Assembly: GCF_006345805.1 (NCBI RefSeq)
Contig: NC_043015.1
Span: 5,456,001 to 5,520,000 of the forward strand
Direction: 5' to 3'
Source of the DNA: Octopus sinensis
Lineage: Eukaryota
Length of the DNA: 64,000 nucleotides
A program made the position numbers and the translations under genes. Below, piece after piece: positions 39,692 through 51,192 of this stretch. The number at the start of each line of letters is the position of its first letter. Positions within the stretch are counted from its first letter, which is position 1. The notes beneath the pieces were generated by a model. It saw only the letters and a list, made by a program, of their open reading frames with translations, did no database searches and was not told where the DNA came from.

Positions 39692-41026
39692 ATATCTATG
39701 ACTCACAGATTTTAGTGCTCTCGACAAAAAAAACATTTCAAGCAGGATCGTCCCTCTTAATGATGCGGTTAATATGCGTATTCTGTTTCTAACAGAATGC
39801 TGATGGAGTACGTGTGAGTTAAGGAAAAGATACCCAAAATTCTCTTAAATTTTATACACGCGTATTCAATACGTGAATACGTAATATTGCTTAAATCTTA
39901 TGACTGCGGCATGCGCAGAATATATGCAAGAAATTATTTACATTTAGTGTAAACTTCATATAAACTCTTTGTCTCAGTAAAATCCCAGTACATTTGCTAC
40001 GACCCTGTGGATATTACCTTGTGCAAATTGTGTATTGCTTAATGGAAAATGAGATTCTACAGTGGTTTCTGTAATGAAATAAGCATCAAATACTAACACT
40101 ACCTCCACGTCTTTGAAACTCTTCTGTAAAGGTGATATAAATCTACCAGTGTAATAAGGATGTATTATAAACGAGTAATAATGAAAGGAAACCAGATTAA
40201 CACTAGAAAATCGAAGGAATATAATTAAGGTGCAATGAAAAGGTTCTATATTTAAAGTAAATACGAAAGATGAGGCACGTTGAAACCTTAACAAAACCAT
40301 TTCCACTGAAATATGTTATTCAATGTGATTCCATTTCTTTGTACATATTCGTTTATATCTCATATCTTGAAAAGGTTTTAGCAATGTCATATGCATACCT
40401 AAGATAATAGCTTAATCCATTAACCTTATCGGGATTTATACACAGTAACCCTTTCATACTACTAGCTCCAAACGTAAAGAAGTAATGGAACATGGTAAAA
40501 TTAGGAATGTTTTATCTCTTAATTTATCTCATAATAATATAGTGTTGATAATATTTCATCTCTAATGTATGAGTAAGTCAAAGAAATTAATCTAAAATAA
40601 ATTCTTGTTGAGGAGCCATGTTCAAAAATCAAATTTACTGATTATACATCTACTTATTCCTTTCATAAATTCTGTCAGTTTGTTCACAGCGATTTTGTCT
40701 GTAATTTACTGAGATGAAATTAATATTCACTTAATGTTATATAAGAGAATTTCTTTGTAAATTTCCTTTCATAGACAACGCTTGAGATATATCTTCACGT
40801 TGAAGCTGTGAAGTGACTCTATTAATTATTACCTCAGGTAAAGTTGTTCAGAGTATGCTGTCAAGAAGCTATGTTGATGGAAGTAAGCTTATGGCATGGC
40901 TGCTTAAATTTGCATCAGAAACAGTTCCGTGAGCAAATTTAAATATAATTTTAAAATGTAAATATAATTAGTGAAGAATACAAGATCAGTATAACCGTAT
41001 AGTGCATTCAATATAGAATAGTGGGA

Positions 41027-42396
41027 AAGGCGGTGAGCTGGCACAAACGTTAGCACGCCGGGTGAAATGCTTAGCAGTATTTCGTCTGCCGTTACGTTCT
41101 GAGTTCAAATTCTGTTGAGGTCGATTTTGCCTTTTATCCTTTCGGGGTCGATTAAATAAGTACCAGTTACGCACTGGAGTCGATGTAATCGACTTAATCC
41201 GTTTGTCTGTCCTTTTTTGTCCTCTCTGTGTTTAGCCCCTTGTGGGCAATAATGAAATAGGTATTTCGTCTGTCGCTACGTTCTGATTTCGAATTCCACC
41301 GAGGTTGACCTTGCCTCTAATCGTTTCGGGATCGATAAATTAAGTACCGGTTACGCACTGAGCTAGGGTCGATGTAATCGACTTAATACCTTTGTCTGTC
41401 CTTGTTTGTCCCCTCTGTGTAGCCCCTTGTGGGTAGTAAAGAAATAGGTATTTTGTCTGCCGTTACGTTCTAAGTTCAAATTCCACCGAGGTCGACCTTG
41501 CCTTTCATCCATTCGGGGTCGATAAATTAAGTACCAGTTACGCATTAGGCTGGGGTCGATGTAATCGACTTAATACCTGTGTCTGTCGTTGATTGTCCTC
41601 TTTGTGTTTGGCCTCTTGTGGGTAGTAAAGAAATAGGTATTTCGTCTGCCGTTACGTTCTGAGTTCAAATTCCCCCGAGGTCGACTTTGCCTTTCATCCT
41701 TTCGGGGTCGATAAATTAAGTACCAGTTACGCATTAGGCTGGGGTCGATGTAATCGACTTAATACCTGTGTCTGTCGTTGATTGTCCTCTTTGTGTTTGG
41801 CCTCTTGTGGGTAGTAAAGAAATAGGTATTTCGTCTGCCGTTACGTTCTGAGTTCAAATTCCCCCGAGGTCGACTTTGCCTTTCATCCTTCGGGGTCGAT
41901 AATTAAGTACCAGTTACGCATTAGGCTGGGGTCGATGTAATCGACTTAATACCTGTGTCTGTCGTTGATTGTCCTCTTTGTGTTTGGCCTCTTGTGGGTA
42001 GTAAAGAAATAGGTATTTCGTCTGCCGTTACGTTCTGAGTTCAAATTCCCCCGAGGTCGACTTTGCCTTTCATCCTTTCGGGGTCGATAAATTAAGTACC
42101 AATAACGCACTGGAGTCAATGTAATCGACTCAATCGGTTTGTCTGTCCTTGTTTGCCCCCTCTATGTTTAGCCCCTTGTGGGTTATAACGAAATAAGAAA
42201 CGTTGGCACGTCGGGCGAAATGCTTAGCAGTATTTCATCTGTCTTTACATTCTGAGATCAGATTCCGCCGAGGTCAACTTTGCCTTTCATCTTTTCGGTG
42301 TCGATAAATTAAGTACCAGATGCGTACTGGGCTAGATCTAATCAACTGTCCCCCTTCCCCTAAATTTCCTACATTGTGCCTAGAGTAGAAAAGAAT
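41027..42396 (+). repeat. Head-to-tail tandem array of 7 SINE family C units (~184-189 bp period)
   Basis: Unit starts (GTATTT..) are at 41077, 41261, 41448, 41637, 41826, 42013 and 42230. There is a single complete head at 41027. Confidence 0.93.
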
Positions 42397-43847
42397 ATGG
42401 TGTAACGTATGCGTGAGTAATAAATATTGCCGCACTTTTACAAGTCACATTAATGCTATTTCTGTTAAGGGTCATATAGTACTGGCAGTCGACAGGAAAT
42501 GCTGATGTATAAAGTTAATGAAAATCCTTGCAACATTTGAAGGAAGATTTAAACCATATGGATTATACTATAAAATAAGCCATTACTTACTTTAGCTAGT
42601 GTGAGCATTAGTGATCTTCTCTTTGTAATGTATTCGTTCTTTGAAGCTGTAGTCTTTAATGCGATATCGCCATAATAAGCAGCAAGTTTAAATGATACCT
42701 GATCAAAGGATAAACAGAGTATACGCGTAAGCATATTAGTGACTAATTTAATAAAAATATGGAGGGAATGTTTGGAATTTATTTCAATACACTACCATTT
42801 CTAGGTTGGTCTACTTTAGGGGTAATTTTTCTGTAGGCGCATGAACTAAATCTCAAAGTATACATAGGAAGATAACTATACATGGATATCTGTGTTCTGA
42901 AATGTGTCAATCTAAATCTTCGAACACGTTGATGGACACTTTAATAAAGTAAACAGTGTGTGTTGAATCAGAAAACGTATCACAAGTCGTACATCTCGGC
43001 AAAGGTAAAATCCAACACGTAATTTCCCCCAAAATAAATTTAAATAGTACTTTCATATCAATTAAAAAGCATTGCCCTTATCTTAGGATCTAATGGCCAC
43101 AAACAATTCTACATAATTATGTTCAAGCCAAGATATAATTGAATATTATCTCGGTTTCACATCAACGTTGAGGTAGAGAAGGAAATTCATATAAAATATG
43201 TTGCAACGTCAGCAGTTCTCTTACTGGTTGCTTCATTATAAAGCTCACCTTTCTTCTACATTAATGGCTCCAGAATATAGGATCTTAATGTCTCAGAGAA
43301 ACATTATACTTCAAACGTTAGCTTCGAAATTCACGAAATTCACGAAAGCTTACAAACAAAGCTACCAATATTTCTTGATTTCCAAATATCAACTTTAGTT
43401 CCTAAACTGCTACGATCAATAGTCGTTTTGTCTTGTATACATATAGAACTGCAGTGACACATTTCCATTACGATTTATCAATAAGAACAGCTTATACTTT
43501 ATTTGCAGGATTTAACCACTTATTCACAGTAATCACAGCATTATGATTAAATCAACAATATATCAACTCCCACTTTTATATAATATTTATCGGAGTAACT
43601 ATCACTTTCTTCCCACAACATTTTTTAAGATTGCGGGTATACCACGATACATATGGTTCTGAAGGTATGAAATTTCTTCATCCAATTACAAGTGAATACG
43701 TGAATGCGTGTCCCTTATTAAATTTGCGGAAATGAAACTGTATCCAACTTTGTAACATTATGGCCTGATAACGTATATGTTAGCCTATATATTACCACAG
43801 TTCACTAAAATTATTCTAATTACACGTTAATATTAAACATGATAATT

Positions 43848-44035
43848 AAGCTACCAGAATCGTTAAGATGCCAGGCAAAATGCTTAGCGGTACTTTGTCC
43901 ATTTTCACGTCCTGAGTTCAAATTCTACTGAGGCCGACATTGCTTTTCGGAGTCGATAACATAAGTACCATATAAGTGTTGGGGTCGATGTAGTCGACTT
44001 GCCCTTCGCCCTGAAATTGCTGGCCCTAGACTTCT
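43848..44035 (+). mobile_element. Diverged SINE family C copy
   Basis: AAATGCTTAGCGGTA..GAGTTCAAATTC..GGAGTCGATAACATAAGTACC..GGGGTCGATGTAGTCGAC. Confidence 0.75.
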
Positions 44036-44803
44036 TTGAACCTTGAATATCTTCGAGTGACACTAATAAAAAGGAGAGAAAAAGAGCCGTCATATTAAAT
44101 GAGAAAGGCAGGAATCCATAATTTATTTGTTTATTCCTGCAGCTGAGGATGTGTATTGAGGTGAGCTGGGAAAGAGATATGAAAAGTGAATTGAAAGTTG
44201 CTTCAATGGACAGAGAAGGATGTGCAACTATAAATGTGTAATTTATAAAACTGCATGTATTTATAACTATTTCGGAAAGCGACAATTGGCTTGCGGATGT
44301 AAGATTTGCAAAAGCGGCAATAAGTATTGAATCTCTAAATTGCGTAGGCATTCAGGTTTCAGAGTTTAGAAAACATTGCGTAACAAATTAATTCCGAGAA
44401 GGAAGCGAAAAATACGAAACCTCTAGAGTTCCAGTCAAACTGTAGCATAGGGAAGCGTTATGTAAGGTGCATAGCTAGAGAAAGATATCTTATCGTGTTG
44501 GATAAGCAAGTTCCATTGCAGGCAAAGTTTATGCTGATTGTTGTTGAAAAAATAGATCTTGTTAACTTGTGGTAAATTGCCAAAATTGTAAATGACTTTA
44601 TCCACTGCTAATATGAATGTCTGCTACTAGGAATGTTGAGAAGGAAAAGGTGTGCATGCAGTCATTCTTCTCTGATATTTTGCATCTTGAATAGATCCTT
44701 GGCATGAATATAACATTTCTTTAAATAGCATTCAGTTCAGTAATAATAAGGGAATATACCACAATGTATATCTCTAGTTTTAATTAGTATCGCAAAATAC
44801 AAT

Positions 44804-44978
44804 AGGCACAGGAGTGGCTGTGTGGTAAGTAGCATGCTAACCAACCACATGGTTCCGGGTTCAGTCCCTCTGCGTGGCATCTTGGGCAAGTGTCTTCTGC
44901 TATAGCTCCGGGCTGACCAATGCTTTGTGAGTGGATTTGGTAGACGGAAACTGAAAGAAGCATGTCGTATATATGTAT

Positions 44979-45025
<47 letters not shown>

Positions 45026-45240
45026 ATGTGTGTGTGTTTGTCCCCCTAGCATTGCTTGACAGCCGATGCTGGTGTCAAGCTAAGTGACGTCCCCATCACT
45101 TAGCGGTTCGGCAAAAGAGACCGATAGAATAAGTACTGGGCTTACAAAGAATAAGTCCCGGGGTCGATTTGCTCAACTAAAGGCGGTGCTCCAGCATGGC
45201 CGCAGTCAAATGACTGAAACAAGTAAAAGAGTAAAAAGAG
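44804..45240 (+). mobile_element. SINE family A (OK-like), full length
   Basis: Head AGGCACAGGAGTGGCTGTGTGGTAAG; tail CATGGCCGCAGTCAAATGACTGAAACAAGTAAAAGAGT. Confidence 0.92.
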
Positions 45241-45386
45241 AGAGAGAGTAGAAGAAATATGCTCATTAAAGATACAGATAACATTTATCTGTACAGGAAA
45301 TATTCTTATTAATAGGAACATAAGAATATAGGTACTGATTTTCTCTGTAGCTACATTGACTTTTCTTAATCTATAAAAGAAATCGC

Positions 45387-45429
<43 letters not shown>

Positions 45430-45432
<3 letters not shown>

Positions 45433-45665
45433 CCTTCCGATCATTCAAAATGCGACCGTGTGTGTACCGTTGGCGATATTTTTTCCTCCGTTTTCCCTTC
45501 TTTGGATCTTTCCTTTTCCTATGTTTCTGACGAAGAGCTCCGCTCGAAACGTTAGGCCCTCCTTCTTTTCTTCTTTCCTGAGCGTCCAATAATACTCTAT
45601 TTGTCCACGTCCTCGCGTTGTGGTCTTTTCTCTTTGTGTTTTCATGTTTGGATGAACTATATATA
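45430..45665 (+). mobile_element. PLE-type terminal repeat/tail with a minimal hammerhead ribozyme whose core motifs are intact
   Basis: GTTT(45523-26)-CTGACGA-A-GAGC-TCC-GCTC-GAAA-CGTT-AGGC(45554-57); homologous to 14635-14935. Confidence 0.8.
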
Positions 45666-46745
45666 TAAAGAGAGATACAAGGCTGGATATTACGCCCTCT
45701 GGGAAGATAAATTTATCGGAATAATTTAATATACTTCAATTTTGTTAAAATACAATTATTTTAATCGGAACTCCTTACATATATGACTTATATCTATATA
45801 CATACATATTTCTGTGCACTTGTGTGTGTAAATAATTATATCAATGTGCATGAATATACAGATATATACGTCTGGTATGCCCGGCAAAGATGACACCAGA
45901 ATTTTACTTTGAATCTATTGATCTATGAACATGTAATTAAGAACCACAGAAAAATGCGTCGGTCTTACCGTTTCTCTATTTATCAACTCAGCAATAAAAT
46001 ACATTTATTAATGTTCGCATTTAAGTGTTCACGTGGCATTTCCTTTAAAATATGTTAACCATTATGAACGCATGACCGCCAATGTTTAATCCATGAGAAT
46101 AGCCGATTTCATAGACACCAATGCGTGTCTAATACTTTCTATATAAAATCCTACGTAAGCATACGTTAGCTCAAATATTAAACATTTAACTGAGACCCAG
46201 AGGCAACATTGCTCAAATTTACAAACATTAATATATATGTCGGTCTCGTTACTGAATTACCACTTCCCTTATTTTAGAAATCATTCCACCATAATTCCCC
46301 CAAATATATCTCATTATCTTTATTAAATAAGCTATTGTTAAATGTTACTATAATCGCATTGGCTTTCTCTTCACAACGCAGCAAATGATGTTATTGCCTA
46401 TGCTCGTATTTGTTATTTTAGTTGGCAATAGTGAGTCGGTGTCTATTTATTATCCTTTCTTTTTTTTTTTTTTTTTGCTTTTTTTCTCTACATAATCCCC
46501 TACGTATTCTAAACATTGTAAGACTTCAAAGTTAACATGATACAGCAAAATTATATATTTTATGCACCTTCTCCGCCATGAGCATATGTACTAACATTAT
46601 AACAAGCGATATTTGAGTTTATCCTCTTCTGAGACTTTTCGTTTAATACTCGCCATTTAAGTTTACGTAGAATATTTCATCTTACCTCCAAATATATATA
46701 TATAAATATATTTATATATATAACATATATATATATATATATATA

Positions 46746-49340
46746 CTTACTTTACTTTGATAGGTTTCGGCCATTATTGGCCCAGGCCATGTCTAACTTA
46801 ATAGCACCACCTGGTGAAGTCTTTCAAGTCAGAATTTGGGCACTATGGCCCACTCAAGTAGAGAGTTATTGTTTACAGAGACATATCCAGGTGTAGGGGG
46901 TTTATCCGGGATTTCTTGAAGGAATCTGTCCAAAGACTTCTTGAACCCTATAGGGTCAGTTTCTGTTTTAATGTGTTTTGGTGTAATGTTAAAGAGAGCG
47001 GGGCCAATTGAGGTGAAATAATTGTGCCGTATTGTTGTTATGAGATGAGAGTGCGATTTTTGTTTTGGGCGGATGGCACGGGGCCCAAGCCTTGGATGTA
47101 CCTTAAAGGTGATGCCAACATCATTTGGGCAATGCTGATGGAATATTTTCCACATCATGCAGATGATGTAGCGCTCACGACGACGTTGGAGAGAATAGAG
47201 TTTTAGCTTTTCTAGCCGACCCCAATAGTCGAGGCCTGTCATGCCATCTATCTTTTTTGTGATTGCCCTTTGAGGTGCTTCAACTTTTATGATACCTTGT
47301 ATTGTGTGGGGAGACCACAGTGGACAACAGTATTCAAGGTGGGGTCGGGCAAAAGTGGAGAAGAGAAGGATAATGGTGTGGATATCTCTCGACTGGAAAG
47401 TTCTGAGAATCCAGGAACACATTCTGCGGGCCATGTCAACTTTGGTGTTTATATGAGTGGCCCAGCTTACGTTGTTGTCCACAATTACTCCCAAGTCTCT
47501 GATGTTGTTGGACGCCGCGAGAGTTTCACCTGAAGGAAGGGAGTATGGGAGTTTCAGGGCATCCTCTTTTCCAAAGTGGATTAGCTCAAATTTATCCTCG
47601 TTCAGCAGCATATTGTTTTTTTCTGCCCATTGGATAACAGCCAGTAGATCTGACTGAAGGCATGTCCGGTCACTCGCCTCATTTATGACCTTCTGTAGCT
47701 TGGAGTCATCTGCAAAGATTTTTATGTTGCTGTGCTTGATGATGTCATTAATGTCATTAATGTAAATGATGAAAAGAAGTGGGCCCAGCACAGTGCCTTG
47801 CGGAACGCCACTACTGACTTTGGCTGGGCTTGATTTTACCCCTTCAACTACAACATGTTGAGATCTGTCTGTCAGGAAACACTCAATCCATTTCAGTAAC
47901 TTTCCAGAGACACCAATGTTGGATAGTTTTTTCAATAGGATCTTGTGATCGACCCTGTCGAAGGCCTTACTGAAATCAAGGTAGATGACATCGGTGTTGG
48001 AGCCCTCTCCCAAAGCTCTCAAAATGTCCTCAAAGTGATGCAGGAGCTGCGTTAGGCAGTCCCTTCCATTACGGAACCCATGTTGGTTGGAGATCAGCCG
48101 TCTGTTGCTTTCCAGAAATTGGGTTATTCGAGATCTCACCACCCTCTCAAATACCTTGATGATATGAGAGGTGAGTGAGATCGGGCGGTAATTCACTGCA
48201 AGGGACTTGTTTCCCTTTTTGAAAACTGGGACAACAGACTGGGACAGAAGGTTTTTTGGAATATAGCCAGCATCCAGTGAGTTTCTCCACAGATTAGCAA
48301 GGGGAGATGCAAGTTGGTGTCGACACACCTTCAGGACACAAGCAGGGAATCTATCGGGGCCTACTGCTGAATTGTGTTTTATTTCGTTTATCGCCGCTAA
48401 GACATCAGGGGCACTAAACGTTATGTCCGATATAGTGTGTTGGGGGTTGACATCACTGATACAGCCCAGATCGGCCATATCAGGATTGCTGAAAACAGAG
48501 CAGTATTGTTTCTGCAGTATCTCGGCCATGGATTTGGCATTATCTTGGAGAGTGCCAGTTTCGTCAATTAGAGGGCCTACAGTGGAGACAGTGACCCTGC
48601 GTTTCCTCGCAAATGAAAAGAACACTTTGGGGTTGAGTTTGATTTTTTCAATGGCCCACTTCTCCTCAGCTGATCTTTGGTTATTGATGAGGGTCTTCAT
48701 GCATTGTTGGAGGTTATATTTTTTGGATTCAAGCAGTGCGATAGCCGTCGAATGTGTGTGTTGCTGTTGGCAGTACTTTAGTTTGTTAATTTTTTTGTTT
48801 GTTCTTTTTATTTTTCTGATAATGGTTTTTCTGTTTTGGGGGATTCTGCACTTTTTGTTCACAGGTCTTGGTGGGGAGTGTTTTGCACATATGTCTGTGA
48901 CGGTGTCTACAAAGATCTGCCAAGATGTTTTATGGTTGGTGGAGATGTGTGTATGTGTAAAGGACCAGTCAACATTTGATAGCTCGTTCCTGATTGCATC
49001 CCAGTTGGCTTTATGGAGATCCATGTTGTCAAATGGGTGGGCTGGAGGAAGGTCACTAGGATTAGCTTTCGGCTGGTGGAATTTCATGTTACAGAGAACC
49101 ATGTCATGGTCTGAAAGAAGGGTTTTTTCCACTGTAACGTTATGTATAGTGTTAGTGTGGTTACTAAACACTAGGTCCAAAATGTTCTGATGTCTTGTTG
49201 GTGCAAGGACAAGTTGGGACAAGAAAAACTCATTCGTAAAGTCGAAAAGTGACTCTGCTGCTTCTTTGTCAGCGGTTGAGGCGGGAGTGCAAATTATGAA
49301 TTTGAAACTGACTTATTGGAAGTCCACCTGAAGATTGTCG
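46746..49340 (-). mobile_element. 5'-truncated CR1/L2-superclade LINE with an intact 3' end
   Basis: Contains ORF2 (APE C-terminus plus RT), a ~80-bp 3' UTR with a GGCC-AATAAT-GGCC hairpin, and a short (AAAGT)n tail running into a (TA)n tract. No TSD is visible. Confidence 0.93.
46829..49222 (-). CDS. LINE ORF2 fragment: end of AP endonuclease plus complete reverse transcriptase domain
   Basis: 797 aa without stops, and the frame stays open upstream to ~49312. Motifs: PTR..NILDLVFSN (APE end), YRPISLTS, QHGFR, YLDFSKAFDRVDH, GVPQGTVLGPLLF, FADDSKL, LEYCCPLWSP, LYSLQRRR. The start is not a true initiator because the element is truncated. Confidence 0.92.
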   Translation of the reverse strand: MSQLVLAPTRHQNILDLVFSNHTNTIHNVTVEKTLLSDHDMVLCNMKFHQPKANPSDLPPAHPFDNMDLHKANWDAIRNELSNVDWSFTHTHISTNHKTSWQIFVDTVTDICAKHSPPRPVNKKCRIPQNRKTIIRKIKRTNKKINKLKYCQQQHTHSTAIALLESKKYNLQQCMKTLINNQRSAEEKWAIEKIKLNPKVFFSFARKRRVTVSTVGPLIDETGTLQDNAKSMAEILQKQYCSVFSNPDMADLGCISDVNPQHTISDITFSAPDVLAAINEIKHNSAVGPDRFPACVLKVCRHQLASPLANLWRNSLDAGYIPKNLLSQSVVPVFKKGNKSLAVNYRPISLTSHIIKVFERVVRSRITQFLESNRRLISNQHGFRNGRDCLTQLLHHFEDILRALGEGSNTDVIYLDFSKAFDRVDHKILLKKLSNIGVSGKLLKWIECFLTDRSQHVVVEGVKSSPAKVSSGVPQGTVLGPLLFIIYINDINDIIKHSNIKIFADDSKLQKVINEASDRTCLQSDLLAVIQWAEKNNMLLNEDKFELIHFGKEDALKLPYSLPSGETLAASNNIRDLGVIVDNNVSWATHINTKVDMARRMCSWILRTFQSRDIHTIILLFSTFARPHLEYCCPLWSPHTIQGIIKVEAPQRAITKKIDGMTGLDYWGRLEKLKLYSLQRRRERYIICMMWKIFHQHCPNDVGITFKVHPRLGPRAIRPKQKSHSHLITTIRHNYFTSIGPALFNITPKHIKTETDPIGFKKSLDRFLQEIPDKPPTPGYVSVNNNSLLEWAIVPKF

Positions 49341-49467
49341 ATCAAGACAAGAAACGATTGTAGTGGCGGTTTTTTTGACTATTTATTAAAATTGTATGTA
49401 TTGATTAAGTCTTTCCTTGTTTGTTTTGCAAAATAGTGGTTTTGTCTCTAATAATATTTTATATATA

Positions 49468-49502
<35 letters not shown>

Positions 49503-50404
49503 ATTGCATGTATGTATGTATGTATGATCACATACTAAAGTTCAAAGGAATAACTTTAGTGACAGGAAGTATTCCCAATGATGACATACGTCGTAAACAA
49601 ACCGATTCCACTCCATGCAATATGTTCAACTATGTATTTTTGGTAATGAAATAGAAATGGGTGATAAACAGCCTTTGAAATAATACGCCAGAGATACATT
49701 GCGATACATGCTGTCAACTGTGTACCTAGTATGGAATGTTTATTTCCTGTCGTTAATTCATATGTTCGTGTGTGCTTGCATGTATGCGAGTGAGCCTGTG
49801 TGTGAGTGTATGTCTGTGCTCGTGTGTGTGTTTGTGCGTGTGTGTGTGTGTATGTGTGTGTGTTTGTGTGTGTGTTTACGTGTGTAAGTCACTCATATTG
49901 GGAAAGCAGATTTTTACCTTACATGTAATTTTCCGTGGTTTATGATATTCATGTTTAATCACCGGTGGTCCTGAAATAATGAAACACAATTGTCGATTAC
50001 AGTATCTAAAAAAAACACGGACTCTTTTAATTGGTTATGCAGTTTGTGATGCGTTCCAGCATGTGATTGATAAGAACTGGCCGCCCCAATTTTATTTGAG
50101 TTTTGTCGAAGGGTTTAGGATAAAATGTCCGCTAGAACACCCACACACATTTGGACTACATCGATGAAAGAAAGAACATGATTGAAATTCTAAATAGCTT
50201 AGAGCACAGCATCAGGTTATAGTAAAGTGAACTTTAAGTGAACCTAAACGCTTAATAAGGTTTTCAAGATTGTTCTTTTTTTTAATTTTTCAACATTACG
50301 TGTGATGTTTTTATTATGCTCATTTTTGTGATTGGGCTTACGATGTGTTATCAATATGTTCTAGTTATGTTTAATAAAAAAATTACTTTTTTTTACCTAA
50401 GTTA

Positions 50405-50790
50405 TAATATCATCTGTTTCGAAATAATCCCCCTGCACAGCATTGCACCGGTCTCAGGCTTCATTCTACTTTTGGGATCCGGCCTTGAAGTCGTTTTCTA
50501 TAAGCGAGTGGAGGATCTTCCACGATTTGCTCTTCATTTTGACCAGCGATACCATATTACATATGGCCAAAACCTCAAGTACGAGGAGAGCTCGGTATCA
50601 AGGTGTATTCTGGACTTGAAGAATCCAATTCTTCGCGCTCTACAGATCCGATCACTTCCATGGAATGTCCTCCCTGAACCGTTTCAAAGCGTCTCAGTAG
50701 AACTCTCGATTGACAGTTTGATTTCGGGGTACGAATACTCGATGCTCAATACCGCGGAAGTCGGAAAAACGGTGAGCATGTCCTTGGTTG
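50405..50790 (-). mobile_element. Mariner transposase central/C-terminal remnant
   Basis: The minus strand gives MLTVF.DFRGIEHRVFVPRNQTVNREFY*DALKRFREDI..KNWILQVQNTP*YRALLV..RCNAVQGDYFE. Confidence 0.8.
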
Positions 50791-51146
50791 AGCATATATT
50801 TCTTCATTAACTTTACGGATATATATGTGTTCTTGAGTAAAACAGTTCATCACACTGTGCACCTGTTCAAATCAGCGTTGATTTAATGGTGAGAGTGAGC
50901 AAATATATAACACATACATTTGATCAATATAAACAAACCAATTGTGCAGGCGGTTCAGCAAAGGCTGAACACTCATATGTCATCTTCCACCAGCGAGTCC
51001 ATCATATATACACTTTATATATACGTGTGTGTTTGCGCGCACGCGTGTTTAACTTTGTGATGTGTGTTCGCGTATGTTACTACATATATACGCCCGTATG
51101 TATGTATGTATGTATGTGTGTATACATGCATGTATATATTCATCTA

Positions 51147-51192
<46 letters not shown>

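Noticed and set aside
41077-42230. Regular repeat array that could be mistaken for CRISPR
   Set aside because: The units are whole ~187-bp SINE bodies with no unique spacers, there are no cas genes, and the context is eukaryotic.
46760-46790. GGCC-loop-GGCC-GAAAC in the LINE 3' UTR resembling half a hammerhead
   Set aside because: There is no CUGANGA core; it is better explained as the RT-recognition stem-loop.
48372-49190. 272-aa ORF antisense to the LINE ORF2
   Set aside because: It is a shadow ORF of a long coding frame with no recognisable motif.
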